The notes beneath the pieces are model-generated. The model searched no databases and was not told the origin of the DNA. It saw nothing but the letters and a program-made list of their open reading frames with translations. From Patescibacteria group bacterium (GTDB lineage: Bacteria > Patescibacteriota > Patescibacteriia > SCPX01), in NCBI GenBank assembly GCA_004298615.1, contig SCPX01000059.1, forward strand, positions 1 through 52,638: DNA of 52,638 nt, written 5' to 3'. How positions within the stretch are numbered: position 1 is the first letter of the stretch; each line of letters starts with the position of its first letter. Shown piece by piece: positions 27,611 through 36,876 of the stretch. The position numbers and the translations under genes are program-made.

Positions 27611-28939
27611 ATGTTTAAATGGTTAAACCAATATAATCACCGTTTTTCGCACGGGGCGGCCATATTGTCTGTGACCGCTTTTTTAAGTTATGGACTGGGC
27701 CTGGTGCGCGATCGTTTGTTCGCGCATACTTTTGGCGCGGGATCGGAGCTGGACGCATACAATGCCGCGTTCATAATCCCCGATCTTCTTTTAAATATTT
27801 TGGTGGCCGGCGCTCTGCAAGCCGCTTTTATTCCGATTTTTACGGACATTTGGCATAAAAAAGGGAAAGATGAAGCGGAAAAATTGGCCAATACGGTTAT
27901 GAATGCCGGAATTATCGCGGTGATAATAATCGGGACTTTAGCCGCGATTTTTATGCCGGCGCTCGCAGAAATTATTGCTCCCGGATTTGCGGATCATGAA
28001 AAAATTCTATTGATAAATCTCACCCGCCTGCTCCTAATCTCCCCGATTATTTTTTCAATCAGCAATACATTGGGTGCTATTCTGGTGAGCCAAAAAAGCT
28101 ATTTTGCTTATGGGCTGTCTCCAGTCTTTTATAATTTCGGCATAATCGCCGGAGTGCTGATGCTCAGCCGGACGCACGGAATTTACGGTGTGGTTTTCGG
28201 CACGCTGGCCGGCGCTTTGCTTCATTTGGGAATAAGGCTTTTGGGGATGCGGCCGTTGAAACTAAAATACGCGCCGATTCTCAATTGGCGCGATTATAAT
28301 TTCAAAAGAATCGTCGTTCTGATGATTCCGAAAATGTTCGGTCATCCGGCCGAACAGCTCATTTTTTGGGCGTTTACGGTAATTGCTTCCACTCTGGCCG
28401 CCGGCAGCATCACAATGCTTTCTTTTGCCAGAAATTTTATGAGCGTGCCGGTTTCTCTTTTCGGCATCGCTTTTGCCACCGCTTCATTTCCCATTCTTTC
28501 GCAAGCCGCGTCGCGGGCCGACCACCGTGAATTTATCTCTCATTTTTGGGAAAGTACTAAGAAAACTCTTTTATTCACAATTCCATCCGGGATCATCCTT
28601 TTCTTTTTCAGCGCGATAATCGTTAAAATATTTTTGGGCAGCGGAAAATTCGATGATCACGCCATTTTTACAACCGCTTCAGTATTGAGTATTTTCGCCC
28701 TAAGCGTGCCGACCGAAAGTGTCAGCCATCTTTTGGCCCGTTCATTTTACGCTCTTCAAGACACTTTGGCGCCGGTGATTTTCAGCCTGCTTGGATTTGG
28801 AATAGCCATTGCCGTCGGTTGGACCTATGCGCCCACTCTGGGGCTGCCTGCCTTGGCTTGGGGATTTTTTGCCGGAAGCGTTTTTAAAATCACGAGCTTG
28901 GGTATTCTGCTTTTCAAAAGAACTAAAAAATTGCGCTGA
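27611..28939 (+). CDS. murJ: Lipid II flippase MurJ (MviN)
   Basis: GLVRDR, FGAG.ELDAY..AF.IPD and AFIP motifs, multi-TM. ATG 27611 lies 7 nt after TATACT. Confidence 0.9.
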   Translation: MFKWLNQYNHRFSHGAAILSVTAFLSYGLGLVRDRLFAHTFGAGSELDAYNAAFIIPDLLLNILVAGALQAAFIPIFTDIWHKKGKDEAEKLANTVMNAGIIAVIIIGTLAAIFMPALAEIIAPGFADHEKILLINLTRLLLISPIIFSISNTLGAILVSQKSYFAYGLSPVFYNFGIIAGVLMLSRTHGIYGVVFGTLAGALLHLGIRLLGMRPLKLKYAPILNWRDYNFKRIVVLMIPKMFGHPAEQLIFWAFTVIASTLAAGSITMLSFARNFMSVPVSLFGIAFATASFPILSQAASRADHREFISHFWESTKKTLLFTIPSGIILFFFSAIIVKIFLGSGKFDDHAIFTTASVLSIFALSVPTESVSHLLARSFYALQDTLAPVIFSLLGFGIAIAVGWTYAPTLGLPALAWGFFAGSVFKITSLGILLFKRTKKLR

Positions 28940-28940
28940 A

Positions 28941-29801
28941 TCATTTGTTTTTATCAACAACTATTATCACCTTTTTCCCATTATTGACATCTCCGCCGTT
29001 CCAATCGTGAATCGCGTTCATTAACGCTTTTTGATCATAAACATAATTGGCGCCATTGCGCGTGCCAGGATCATTGGTAATGAATTTTCCATCTTTGGTG
29101 TAGCCTTTCACTACCAGCATGTGGTACAAAGGTCCGGGATGCCGAAAATTCGGATTACCCAAAAGGCGTCCAGCGGCCGGTATGATGACTGGCCGTCCGG
29201 TAGCTAATTCTTGCTTGATCGCGTCAATTGATGCCGGTAAAACACGCACTTTTTTATACTTCCAATAATCTTTGATGAATCGCGCGGTCTCATCAGCCGT
29301 GGAATCTTTGTAAAATCCGTATTTTTTTGTTTGAAAATCAACCAATTTTTTAATTTCCATGTCGGCCGATTCTTTGGTGAATGTTTTTTTATTAAAAAAA
29401 TAATGAACCATCAGAGCCGACGCTTCCTCGCACGCTTCCCCGTACGGCAATTCCCAATTGGCGTGCGGCGCCTGGGGAGTAAACGGGACTTTTAAGTTTA
29501 TCTCGGCGGGCAGGGGTTTTTTTTGCGTTGCCGCGCCCAATACTTCTTGTTCGGAGTCTTTTGAAGAGTCATCCGCCGCGATTTCACTACTGATATTTTC
29601 TTCTCGGCTGATTACTTCTTCTAGGTTCTGTGTTTCATCTATAGCCGTTTCTTTTGGCAGGCCGGCTTGTTCCGTTATTTTTTTAAAATCGAGCAAATTG
29701 CGCAATTCTCCGCGAAAAACAAATCCGCCCGTTCCCAAAACAATTACTAAGAACAAAGCGGTTACGATTGATTTTTTGTAAATCCTGACAATTGGCGGCA
29801 T
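28941..29801 (-). CDS. Membrane-anchored C39-like cysteine peptidase
   Basis: VPF..QAP...W...CEEAS, YHMLVVKGY and NDPG motifs. N-terminal TM. Confidence 0.8.
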   Translation of the reverse strand: MPPIVRIYKKSIVTALFLVIVLGTGGFVFRGELRNLLDFKKITEQAGLPKETAIDETQNLEEVISREENISSEIAADDSSKDSEQEVLGAATQKKPLPAEINLKVPFTPQAPHANWELPYGEACEEASALMVHYFFNKKTFTKESADMEIKKLVDFQTKKYGFYKDSTADETARFIKDYWKYKKVRVLPASIDAIKQELATGRPVIIPAAGRLLGNPNFRHPGPLYHMLVVKGYTKDGKFITNDPGTRNGANYVYDQKALMNAIHDWNGGDVNNGKKVIIVVDKNK

Positions 29802-29832
29802 AAATTACGCTATCAGTCAGCTAATCAGCGTA

Positions 29833-31389
29833 TCAAATTTTTTGCAATTTGTCAAGACTGGTGAATTCAGATTGTTGCAATTTTTTCTTTAATTCATTGA
29901 GCCTGGATTCGCGGCCGCGCGCCACTTTATTAAGCCGCTCTAATTCATCGCGTTCGGCTGAATATTCTATATTCATTTTCTCAAGCTCGGCAGTCCGCTC
30001 GCGCACCGAATGTTCAAGTTGTTTTGACCATTTTTTTGATTCCTCATAAAGCCGCGCGTTGGAATATGCCGCCGTGAATGACGCTAAAAGCTCTTCTATA
30101 ATTTTTATTGAATTTCGAGCGTATGCTTTGCGTCCTTTGCGATTGCCTAAAGCAATGGCGATAACCGCCTCATTGCGGACTTTGAGCAAGATCAGCAGGC
30201 TAGCTTTTATTTTCAGCATTATTTCTTTGAGCTTCGCGTTCTCCGGCGATCTCGGATTTAAAATATTGTAATCGTCAATCGCGATTATCTTTTTTTCATT
30301 TGAAATATTATTGAAAAAACCGGAATAAGGCAGGGACATGGAATATGCCGATCTGGCGCCGACGCGCACGGCCGTACTCAAACGAGGAGCCGGATCCGCC
30401 GTAATTTGGTAAAAATCAACGCTTTCAACGCCCAGGCAGTCAAAAAATATCTGTTCAATCCGGTCAAAAAGTTCGCTCTGATTACGCAAGGTAATCAATT
30501 CCCGCCGGAATCTTTTGAGCAAATCTTGCTGTTCAAAGACCTGCCGGCGCAAGAATCGGTCTATTTTTCTAAACGATAAAACAAATACAAGCCAAGCCAA
30601 AAAAAATAAAACTGAAAAGGCGAAGCCGGTAGAGCGGAAATCATCGTAAATTATGAGCGGCCGAAAAAGCGCCAAATTAAAATACAGAAAAACGAAGACT
30701 ATCGCCGTAGTCGCGATCCACGCTATTATTTTTTTAATAATATCGTTTACTTCGGATACCCTATTTCTTTTCAATGCGTATAATTGAAAAATTGAAAACA
30801 AAATTATCGCGGAGAAAAAAAGTATTGATTTGCTAACTTCATTGCCGGCCGGCTCGAAAAAATACAGCGCTGATCCGCTCAAGGCAATTAAATAAGCCAA
30901 TAATGCCGCTTTCAATTTTTCCAAAAATATTCCCGACTCCGCCATTGCGATATTGATTATCGTTTCAATAATCGCAACCGCGATAATCCCGGAATATGCA
31001 AACAATCCGCTTCGGTGGTTTAAAAAACCGGAAAAATGAAGTACCAAGGCCGCAAAAGACGCGATATATCCCGATATCAAAATTATTCGCCGATATTTTA
31101 TTTTATCGCCGTAAATAAAACAATAGATTGACGAGAGGAAAATTGCCGGAATGAACGCCGCCGCGATTACCGCCAGATTGACAGCGATATTTTGCAATTC
31201 CCGATCAGTGACCGCGATTGTAAAACTCAAAGACAAGGCAACAATCGCAAAAAGCGATTCCAAAACCGCAAATCTCCAAATCGCGGCGTTTTTATTCTCG
31301 CGCGAAAAAAGCCAAAAACTTAAAATACCGCAAAAAAGCGCGGTCAAGGCATAAGGAATTATAAGCGGGCTGTAAACGGCTTGAAACAT
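29833..31389 (-). CDS. Multi-TM sensor-like protein with a GAF-like domain and coiled coil; no output domain
   Basis: About 9 TM segments, IALG.RK....Y GAF-like end, NARLYEE...V.ERT.EL coiled coil, GRE.RL.ELK tail. Confidence 0.7.
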   Translation of the reverse strand: MFQAVYSPLIIPYALTALFCGILSFWLFSRENKNAAIWRFAVLESLFAIVALSLSFTIAVTDRELQNIAVNLAVIAAAFIPAIFLSSIYCFIYGDKIKYRRIILISGYIASFAALVLHFSGFLNHRSGLFAYSGIIAVAIIETIINIAMAESGIFLEKLKAALLAYLIALSGSALYFFEPAGNEVSKSILFFSAIILFSIFQLYALKRNRVSEVNDIIKKIIAWIATTAIVFVFLYFNLALFRPLIIYDDFRSTGFAFSVLFFLAWLVFVLSFRKIDRFLRRQVFEQQDLLKRFRRELITLRNQSELFDRIEQIFFDCLGVESVDFYQITADPAPRLSTAVRVGARSAYSMSLPYSGFFNNISNEKKIIAIDDYNILNPRSPENAKLKEIMLKIKASLLILLKVRNEAVIAIALGNRKGRKAYARNSIKIIEELLASFTAAYSNARLYEESKKWSKQLEHSVRERTAELEKMNIEYSAERDELERLNKVARGRESRLNELKKKLQQSEFTSLDKLQKI

Positions 31390-31404
31390 TTATATTCGCG
31401 TTAA

Positions 31405-33918
31405 CTATAAGCTTGGCCTCTCTTGCATAGTGGCCTCCGGACGGCTGGTTTCGGCCAATTTTGACCGTTCCAGAATTTCCGCGGAAACCTCCGCCCGATC
31501 GCGGCCGTATTTCAATCGGGAAAGCTGTTTTATGACGGAAGCGATCTCCTTGCTTCCTTTGGGCGGCGCGAATGTTGCCATATTGAAAGGCTTGGTCGGA
31601 GCATTGTCAATCAATATGCGGATATAGGCATTGTATTTATCAATATTCAAAAGGTCGTAAGCGGAAATTTCCGGAGCGAATTGTTTTTCCAAAAGCTCGG
31701 TATCGTCAACGCCCACGCGGAAAGCCGCAATCGTACCGACATTGCCGAAGATGGCGTCGCGCACTCTCGTATCATTATTCTGCGATAGCTGGCCGATGTA
31801 TTGATGCGCCATAATCAAATTCAGGCGGTATTTTCTCGCTTCGGCCAAAATTACCGAAATGCTGTCCGTAATGAAATTCTGGAATTCGTCAATGTATAGG
31901 AAAAAATCTTTTCTCTGTTCTTCCGGCATATCGGCTCTCGCCAGCGCCGCCATTTGCAATTTTGAAACAATGATCAATCCCAAAAGATTTGAATTCATTT
32001 CCCCCACTTTGCCTTTTGACAGATTTACCAAAAGAATTTTTTTAGCATCCATTATCTCGCGAAGATTGAAACCGGATTTGGGCTGGCCGATGATATTGCG
32101 CATCATTTCATTTTCCACGAATCGTCCGACTTTTGAAATCAAATACCCGAGCATTTCAGATTTGTGAAAATCCGATGTCTTGGCCATTTCCTTTTCCCAA
32201 AAAGCCCGCACCATCGGATCCGACACTTTCGTCAGCTTGTATTTTTGAAAAGCCGGATCAGTAAAAATGCGCGGCACTTCGGCAATCGTCCCCGGATACT
32301 CTTTATCCGACATAAGCGTGAGCATGGCATTTCGCATATTATGCTCAAACATCGGACCGATCATCGCCGGATCGCTCACCAGCTTGTAGAATATTGAGAT
32401 CATTTCTTGAGACGCGAAATCCATTTCATTGGGAGTATTCGCTTCCAGCATATTGAGCCCCACCGGCCTCTCCAGATCGGACGGATCAAAATAAACCACA
32501 TCCTCGGCTCTCTCTTTGGGGATATTTTCTATAATATCGTCCACCAGACTGCCGTGCGGATCAATTACCGCGACACCATGCCCGTTTCTTATGTCCTGAA
32601 TCGCCATATTGGACAAGAGCACTGATTTCCCGGTACCGGTAGAACCGATGATATACATATGGCGCTGGCGATCCTTTGGTTTGAGGCGAATCACCGAATC
32701 ATCGCCCCGATAGCTGTTTTTTCCGAGCATAATCCCTTCCTGCGGCAAATTGGGCGGCGCCGAAAATTTCTTAGCCAAAAGCCAATTGATATTCGGCGTT
32801 TCAATGGCGTAATGAGGCAGATGAAATATGGATGATAATTCTTCGGTATTCAGAATAAAAGATCGGCGGCGATTGAAAATCCTGTATATAAAATCTCTGA
32901 TCAGCCAATCTTGCCTTCTTTTCTTCTGGCCAAAGCCATTGCCGTATTCGTATTGGGAAAACGGCGCGAAGCTATCCACAATCGTGGCCAGCGCTTCTTT
33001 TGTTTTTTCAATCGTATCGCACGATGCGATGACTCTTATATTGACCTCCATGCCCGCCTTGCTGTTTTTTTCTTCAATCACTTTGACTACTTCCTGTTCC
33101 ATCGGCGTAAGCACATATGTTTTTTCGGCTTGATTTAATTTATCGTCATTTTTCTTGGTCTGTCCGGGAGGAAAGAATATATTTAAAATCTGCACGATGA
33201 AATTTCCGGACGCGAGCCTGAGCGCATCTTGCAATTTTTTCCCCTGATGCATTTGTTGAGCGACGCGCTTGCTCAAATTATGCCAGCCCGGAGGAGCAGT
33301 ACGCACCAAAATTTGAATGGCCGCGCCATTGGGCTCTTCCAATTTGCTAAGGGCTTGGGTGAGGGCGGAGAGCGGATCGCCGTCCAATTTCCGATAAGTC
33401 AGGATCGGAAATATCTGGGGCTTGCTCAAAATCAATTCCGTGCCCAGCACGATTCCGGACGGCGTGAAAATATTATAATCTCCCGCCTCTTCAATGAGAG
33501 CGTGCGGATATTGGGCGTGCAAATGCCTTTCAATGAAATCATTAAGCTTCGGCGGGACCGCCACATAAAAAGATATTTGATTTTTATCCGCCACCAATTC
33601 AAAAGAAATATCGTCTCCCCGGCCGGAAAAAAATGTTTTAATGCCCCGTTCGGGCCAGAGTCCGCCTATTTGCGCGAAAACATTTTCCATTTTCGCAATC
33701 TCGCTTGCCAATTCTTCTTTGGTCATAGCGCCCCTGGTCGATTGATCGGTCGCTGTCCAGCGCGGCAAAGATACGAGAAAAACTTTTTTCTTCAGTCCCT
33801 TGTCGTGCCGAGTGGCCAAATGAAAATAAAAGCGCAAACCGTAAATCAATATTGCGATCAAAATCGGGGTCAAAATTATTGCCGCCGCCATTGGAAAATT
33901 ATCGGAGAATGAAATCAT
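31405..33918 (-). CDS. VirD4/TraG-like (HerA/FtsK superfamily) membrane ATPase
   Basis: RHMYIIGSTGTGKS, IDPHG, LYIDEFQNF and EARKY.L.L..AHQ motifs. N-terminal TM. Confidence 0.88.
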   Translation of the reverse strand: MISFSDNFPMAAAIILTPILIAILIYGLRFYFHLATRHDKGLKKKVFLVSLPRWTATDQSTRGAMTKEELASEIAKMENVFAQIGGLWPERGIKTFFSGRGDDISFELVADKNQISFYVAVPPKLNDFIERHLHAQYPHALIEEAGDYNIFTPSGIVLGTELILSKPQIFPILTYRKLDGDPLSALTQALSKLEEPNGAAIQILVRTAPPGWHNLSKRVAQQMHQGKKLQDALRLASGNFIVQILNIFFPPGQTKKNDDKLNQAEKTYVLTPMEQEVVKVIEEKNSKAGMEVNIRVIASCDTIEKTKEALATIVDSFAPFSQYEYGNGFGQKKRRQDWLIRDFIYRIFNRRRSFILNTEELSSIFHLPHYAIETPNINWLLAKKFSAPPNLPQEGIMLGKNSYRGDDSVIRLKPKDRQRHMYIIGSTGTGKSVLLSNMAIQDIRNGHGVAVIDPHGSLVDDIIENIPKERAEDVVYFDPSDLERPVGLNMLEANTPNEMDFASQEMISIFYKLVSDPAMIGPMFEHNMRNAMLTLMSDKEYPGTIAEVPRIFTDPAFQKYKLTKVSDPMVRAFWEKEMAKTSDFHKSEMLGYLISKVGRFVENEMMRNIIGQPKSGFNLREIMDAKKILLVNLSKGKVGEMNSNLLGLIIVSKLQMAALARADMPEEQRKDFFLYIDEFQNFITDSISVILAEARKYRLNLIMAHQYIGQLSQNNDTRVRDAIFGNVGTIAAFRVGVDDTELLEKQFAPEISAYDLLNIDKYNAYIRILIDNAPTKPFNMATFAPPKGSKEIASVIKQLSRLKYGRDRAEVSAEILERSKLAETSRPEATMQERPSL

Positions 33919-34424
33919 TGTTTTTGGAATTTAGACAATTGAATAGCCATTATTTTATCGGCTTTGATCTTAGCCTCCTGCTCAAGAAAGAATTTATTGA
34001 TTCCGGGAATTATCAATAGCCACTTTTTCAGCAAATCAATCAGTTTTTTTGTCGTGGCCTTGAGCGAATGCATCAGATTATTTATTTCGCCGGCGGTTTT
34101 TTCCCCTTCAGAATTGAATTTAAGCTTTAATTCATCCGGCATATTTTGATAAATTTCGCGTAAATTCTCCTCCATTATGGATTCAATTTCCAGAAGAAGC
34201 GGACTTTTATGAACTGGCGAAACAGCCGGCGCCGCTTGAGGCAAAGCTTCGGTGGCGGAAATTGACGGTGCGGCTTCAGTAGTTTGAGAAATGCTTTCAG
34301 ATTCTCCGGCCTTGCCGATTTCCGCAGTTTCCGTTGATTCTGGAGCATGAAAAATATCTTCCACTTCTGGAAATTTAAGCCGTTCCTTATCGGTTGATTG
34401 AAGCTTTTTAATATCGGATGGCAT
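33915..34424 (-). CDS. Hypothetical protein translationally coupled to the VirD4-like ATPase
   Basis: ATGA overlap. Acidic low-complexity N-half and helical C-half (WLLIIPGINKFFLEQEAKIK). Confidence 0.8.
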   Translation of the reverse strand: MPSDIKKLQSTDKERLKFPEVEDIFHAPESTETAEIGKAGESESISQTTEAAPSISATEALPQAAPAVSPVHKSPLLLEIESIMEENLREIYQNMPDELKLKFNSEGEKTAGEINNLMHSLKATTKKLIDLLKKWLLIIPGINKFFLEQEAKIKADKIMAIQLSKFQKQ

Positions 34425-34456
34425 AGTTATTGAATTTCAAATACATTATAACATAT

Positions 34457-34485
34457 TTGACAGTATTGTAAAAATGTGCTATACT
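34457..34485 (+). promoter_or_regulatory. Sigma70 promoter of the voltage-sensor-like gene
   Basis: TTGACA-17-TATACT with TG extension. Confidence 0.78.
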
Positions 34486-34517
34486 GATATATTAAATTAC
34501 AAAATAAAAACAAAAAT

Positions 34518-34904
34518 ATGAAAAAGAAAATTGAAAAATATATTGAAAAATACGATAAGAAAATCTCGGCCGCCGCAATAATAACGGTCCCGATTTTTTT
34601 CTTGGAAACATACATCGCGCTTCCTAATTATTTATACATCGCCTTTGAAGTGTTTTCGTGGACGGTATGGGTTGTTTTGATAGTTGAATTGGCGCTGAAG
34701 TGGTACGCGATCAACGGCCTTACTACCAAACAATTTTTAAAAGAAAACGCGCTTGACTTAATCATCTTGATAATGCCCTTAATCAGAACACTGGAATTTA
34801 TGAAAGTGCTCAAGCTGTCAAAACTTGTTCAGCATCTGGAAAGCGTCATAACAATGAAAGATGCCAAAAAAATTATCAGTCTGCGGAGATTATTCGGCGC
34901 TTAA
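34518..34904 (+). CDS. Stand-alone voltage-sensor-domain-like (S1-S4) membrane protein
   Basis: S2-like VWVVLIVELALKW, S3-like ENALDLIILIMP, S4-like IRTLEFMKVLKLSKL. No pore or GYG segment. Confidence 0.65.
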   Translation: MKKKIEKYIEKYDKKISAAAIITVPIFFLETYIALPNYLYIAFEVFSWTVWVVLIVELALKWYAINGLTTKQFLKENALDLIILIMPLIRTLEFMKVLKLSKLVQHLESVITMKDAKKIISLRRLFGA

Positions 34905-34924
34905 TTCGCTAATAATTAAATCCC

Positions 34925-34953
34925 AAATCCCCTCTTTCCGGAGGGGATTTTTT
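34925..34953. terminator. Bidirectional intrinsic terminator
   Basis: AAATCCCCTC-TTTCCG-GAGGGGATTT followed by TTT, between convergent genes. Confidence 0.85.
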
Positions 34954-34982
34954 AATTATTATCCAGGGTAAGCTGCAAAATT

Positions 34983-35384
34983 TTAATGCCTGGAGTTATC
35001 CAGATGGAATTTTATCTTTTCAATCAAATCGCTCGGCGTATAGTGAATTTTGACAAAATAATCGGCGGCTCCGAGAGCGAGTCCCTTTTCCACTTCATCT
35101 CGTTGGCCGAGATTTGACAATATAATTATCGGAATATTCTTCGTCCGCTCGTCTTGTTTCAATAGCTTGATCGCATCAAATCCGTCCATTACGGGCATGA
35201 TAAGATCCATCATTATCAAATCGGGCTTTACTTTGATGACCGCGCCAACCGGATCCGAGGTGGGACTTTCATAAACTGCAACTTCATAACCTTCAATCTT
35301 TAGTTTTGTTCCATACAAACCGGAATGAGACGCATCATCTTCAAAGTACATTATTTTATATTTTCTATTTTGCGAATCAGCCAT
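34983..35384 (-). CDS. Orphan single-domain response regulator
   Basis: FEDD, MDLIMP.MDG, LSNL and DYFVK motifs. Confidence 0.9.
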   Translation of the reverse strand: MADSQNRKYKIMYFEDDASHSGLYGTKLKIEGYEVAVYESPTSDPVGAVIKVKPDLIMMDLIMPVMDGFDAIKLLKQDERTKNIPIIILSNLGQRDEVEKGLALGAADYFVKIHYTPSDLIEKIKFHLDNSRH

Positions 35385-35420
35385 AATTGATATTAATGAA
35401 TAATGTAAACGGAGCGCTTG

Positions 35421-35446
35421 TCCGCCGAAGTTTTAACGAAGGCGGA
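35421..35446. repeat. REP-like GC-rich palindrome
   Basis: TCCGCC-GAAGTTTTAACGAA-GGCGGA. Confidence 0.5.
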
Positions 35447-35485
35447 AATTAGAGAAATGATAAAACTTTCAAGATAATTGGAATA

Positions 35486-35580
35486 TGCTGTTTTAGAAGC
35501 GATCGTTGGAATGACCACACTTTTTGGATTTCAATTTAAGGTGTCGTTATAGCAACGATCGTTGGAATAACAGCACTTTT
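35486..35580. repeat. ~95-bp palindromic element, copy A (downstream of the Cas2-like gene)
   Basis: Two CGATCG-centred palindromes 56 bp apart. Direct repeat of 36217-36310. Confidence 0.9.
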
Positions 35581-35600
35581 TTCAGATTGCAATAGATGGG

Positions 35601-36194
35601 TTATCGCAAACGAAAATGATGTTTTAAATCCAAATCAATATCCGTCTCTTTTGCGAGAATAAATCTTATATATGGCCGGAGCCCAAAAACCTCCGCAATA
35701 AAATCAATTTCATCTTTGCAGGCATACGGATAAATAAAAACGCTCTTTTGCATAGAGTAAAATCCCAAATGTTTTAATTTTGCCGCAAGAGCGTTGCGTC
35801 CCCGCTTGAGATCCTCCGGTATGTCAAAAATAACCATTCGCCACGCTCTATCCCAATAATTAGGCTTCTTAATCCTCATCGTCTTTAGATTATACTCAAG
35901 CGCCTTGCGTTTCCCATTTTCAGACAGAATCATAATACCGGTCCCATCGCTTTTTTCTTTATAACTAATCATTTTGGATTGATAAAGTTTTCGTATCGCG
36001 CTATGGAGTGAGCGCCTGTTTATTTCTTCCCACTCCTTTGCCATCCCGCGCATGATGCGAAAATGTTTATTCGGATAACTTGTTAGTCCCAGCGCCAATC
36101 CGCCTATTAAAAGTAAGAGAACCTTCTGCATTATTGGTCCGATTTTCGTGCGCGCCGGAAGCGCAGAATGATTATTTTCTTTATTATTCTTCAT
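35601..36194 (-). CDS. PaaX-like protein: winged HTH plus Cas2-like (ferredoxin-fold) domain
   Basis: WDRAWRMVIFDIPE...RNAL..KLK.LGF..MQKSVF motif. wHTH-like AIRKL....MI...LSENG. Start set at ATG 36194, since the ORF-track start lies inside the repeat. Confidence 0.85.
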   Translation of the reverse strand: MKNNKENNHSALPARTKIGPIMQKVLLLLIGGLALGLTSYPNKHFRIMRGMAKEWEEINRRSLHSAIRKLYQSKMISYKEKSDGTGIMILSENGKRKALEYNLKTMRIKKPNYWDRAWRMVIFDIPEDLKRGRNALAAKLKHLGFYSMQKSVFIYPYACKDEIDFIAEVFGLRPYIRFILAKETDIDLDLKHHFRLR

Positions 36195-36216
36195 ATATCC
36201 AATCTTACCACATAAC

Positions 36217-36310
36217 TGCTGTTTTAGCAACGATCGTTTGAATACCCACACTTTTTGGTTAAGTGCCAAAGTGTCGTTATAGCAACGATCGTCGGATAAA
36301 CAGCACTTTT
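36217..36310. repeat. ~94-bp palindromic element, copy B, overlapping the promoter of the Cas2-like gene
   Basis: Arms are 37/42 and 37/40 identical to copy A. Contains the -35 TTGCTA(36230-36225), 17 bp from TGGTAAGAT. Confidence 0.9.
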
Positions 36311-36340
36311 ATACTTTTTTAACTCGCATATTCGCGCGAA

Positions 36341-36811
36341 TTAGAGATTGAATAATGCCTGCTTGATTGCGGACGCAAGTTTTTCCGGCTCGTCGGTGCC
36401 GATGCGATAGATTTTTCCGTTTTTCATAGTGAGTTCAATCGCGTCAAAACCGGAAACATTAAAAATCCACATCTTCGGCCAGAACCACAATCGGATACCC
36501 CAGCCGTAATACCACTGATTTTTTACTTTCTTGACCGCCGCGATTTCGCTTATCGGTAACTTTTTGCGGAAAACGCCCCAACCAAAACGAATTTTCAAAA
36601 ATTGTTTGTCAATAAAGACGGTGAGCGTCGAAAACGACGCAAGAATAAACAGAATAAGTGCCATTATGGCGGTAATGGCAAAATTGGTGCCGGAGTAGTT
36701 CGAAGGAGGTTCAGCCCTGGCCGTAATCTGAATCCACGCAAAAAACACCAGCACGACAAGCGTGATAAGCAGCATCAGGTAACCAATTTGAGTGTGTTTG
36801 TAGTGTTCCAT
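36341..36811 (-). CDS. Two-TM membrane protein with a bacterial PH-like C-terminal domain
   Basis: YKHTQ.G, two TM helices, YGWGIR and IGTDEPE.L motifs. Confidence 0.75.
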   Translation of the reverse strand: MEHYKHTQIGYLMLLITLVVLVFFAWIQITARAEPPSNYSGTNFAITAIMALILFILASFSTLTVFIDKQFLKIRFGWGVFRKKLPISEIAAVKKVKNQWYYGWGIRLWFWPKMWIFNVSGFDAIELTMKNGKIYRIGTDEPEKLASAIKQALFNL

Positions 36812-36846
36812 GTTATTAATTCAACTTTCTATGTTCATATAATTTC

Positions 36847-36876
36847 CCCGCCTACGCCGAGGCTTCAGCGGGCAGG
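36847..36876. repeat. REP-like GC-rich palindrome
   Basis: CCCGCCTACGCCGAGGCTTCAGCGGGCAGG imperfect hairpin in an otherwise AT-rich intergenic region. Confidence 0.45.

Noticed and set aside
34427-34615. 62-aa hydrophobic minus-strand ORF
   Set aside because: It overlaps the promoter and start of the voltage-sensor-like gene, and its hydrophobicity follows from the A-rich opposite strand.
35486-36310. CRISPR array with cas2
   Set aside because: There are only two arms per copy, the arms are of two different types, linkers are 12-13 nt, and no cas1 or effector genes are present. The protein is PaaX-like rather than a stand-alone Cas2.
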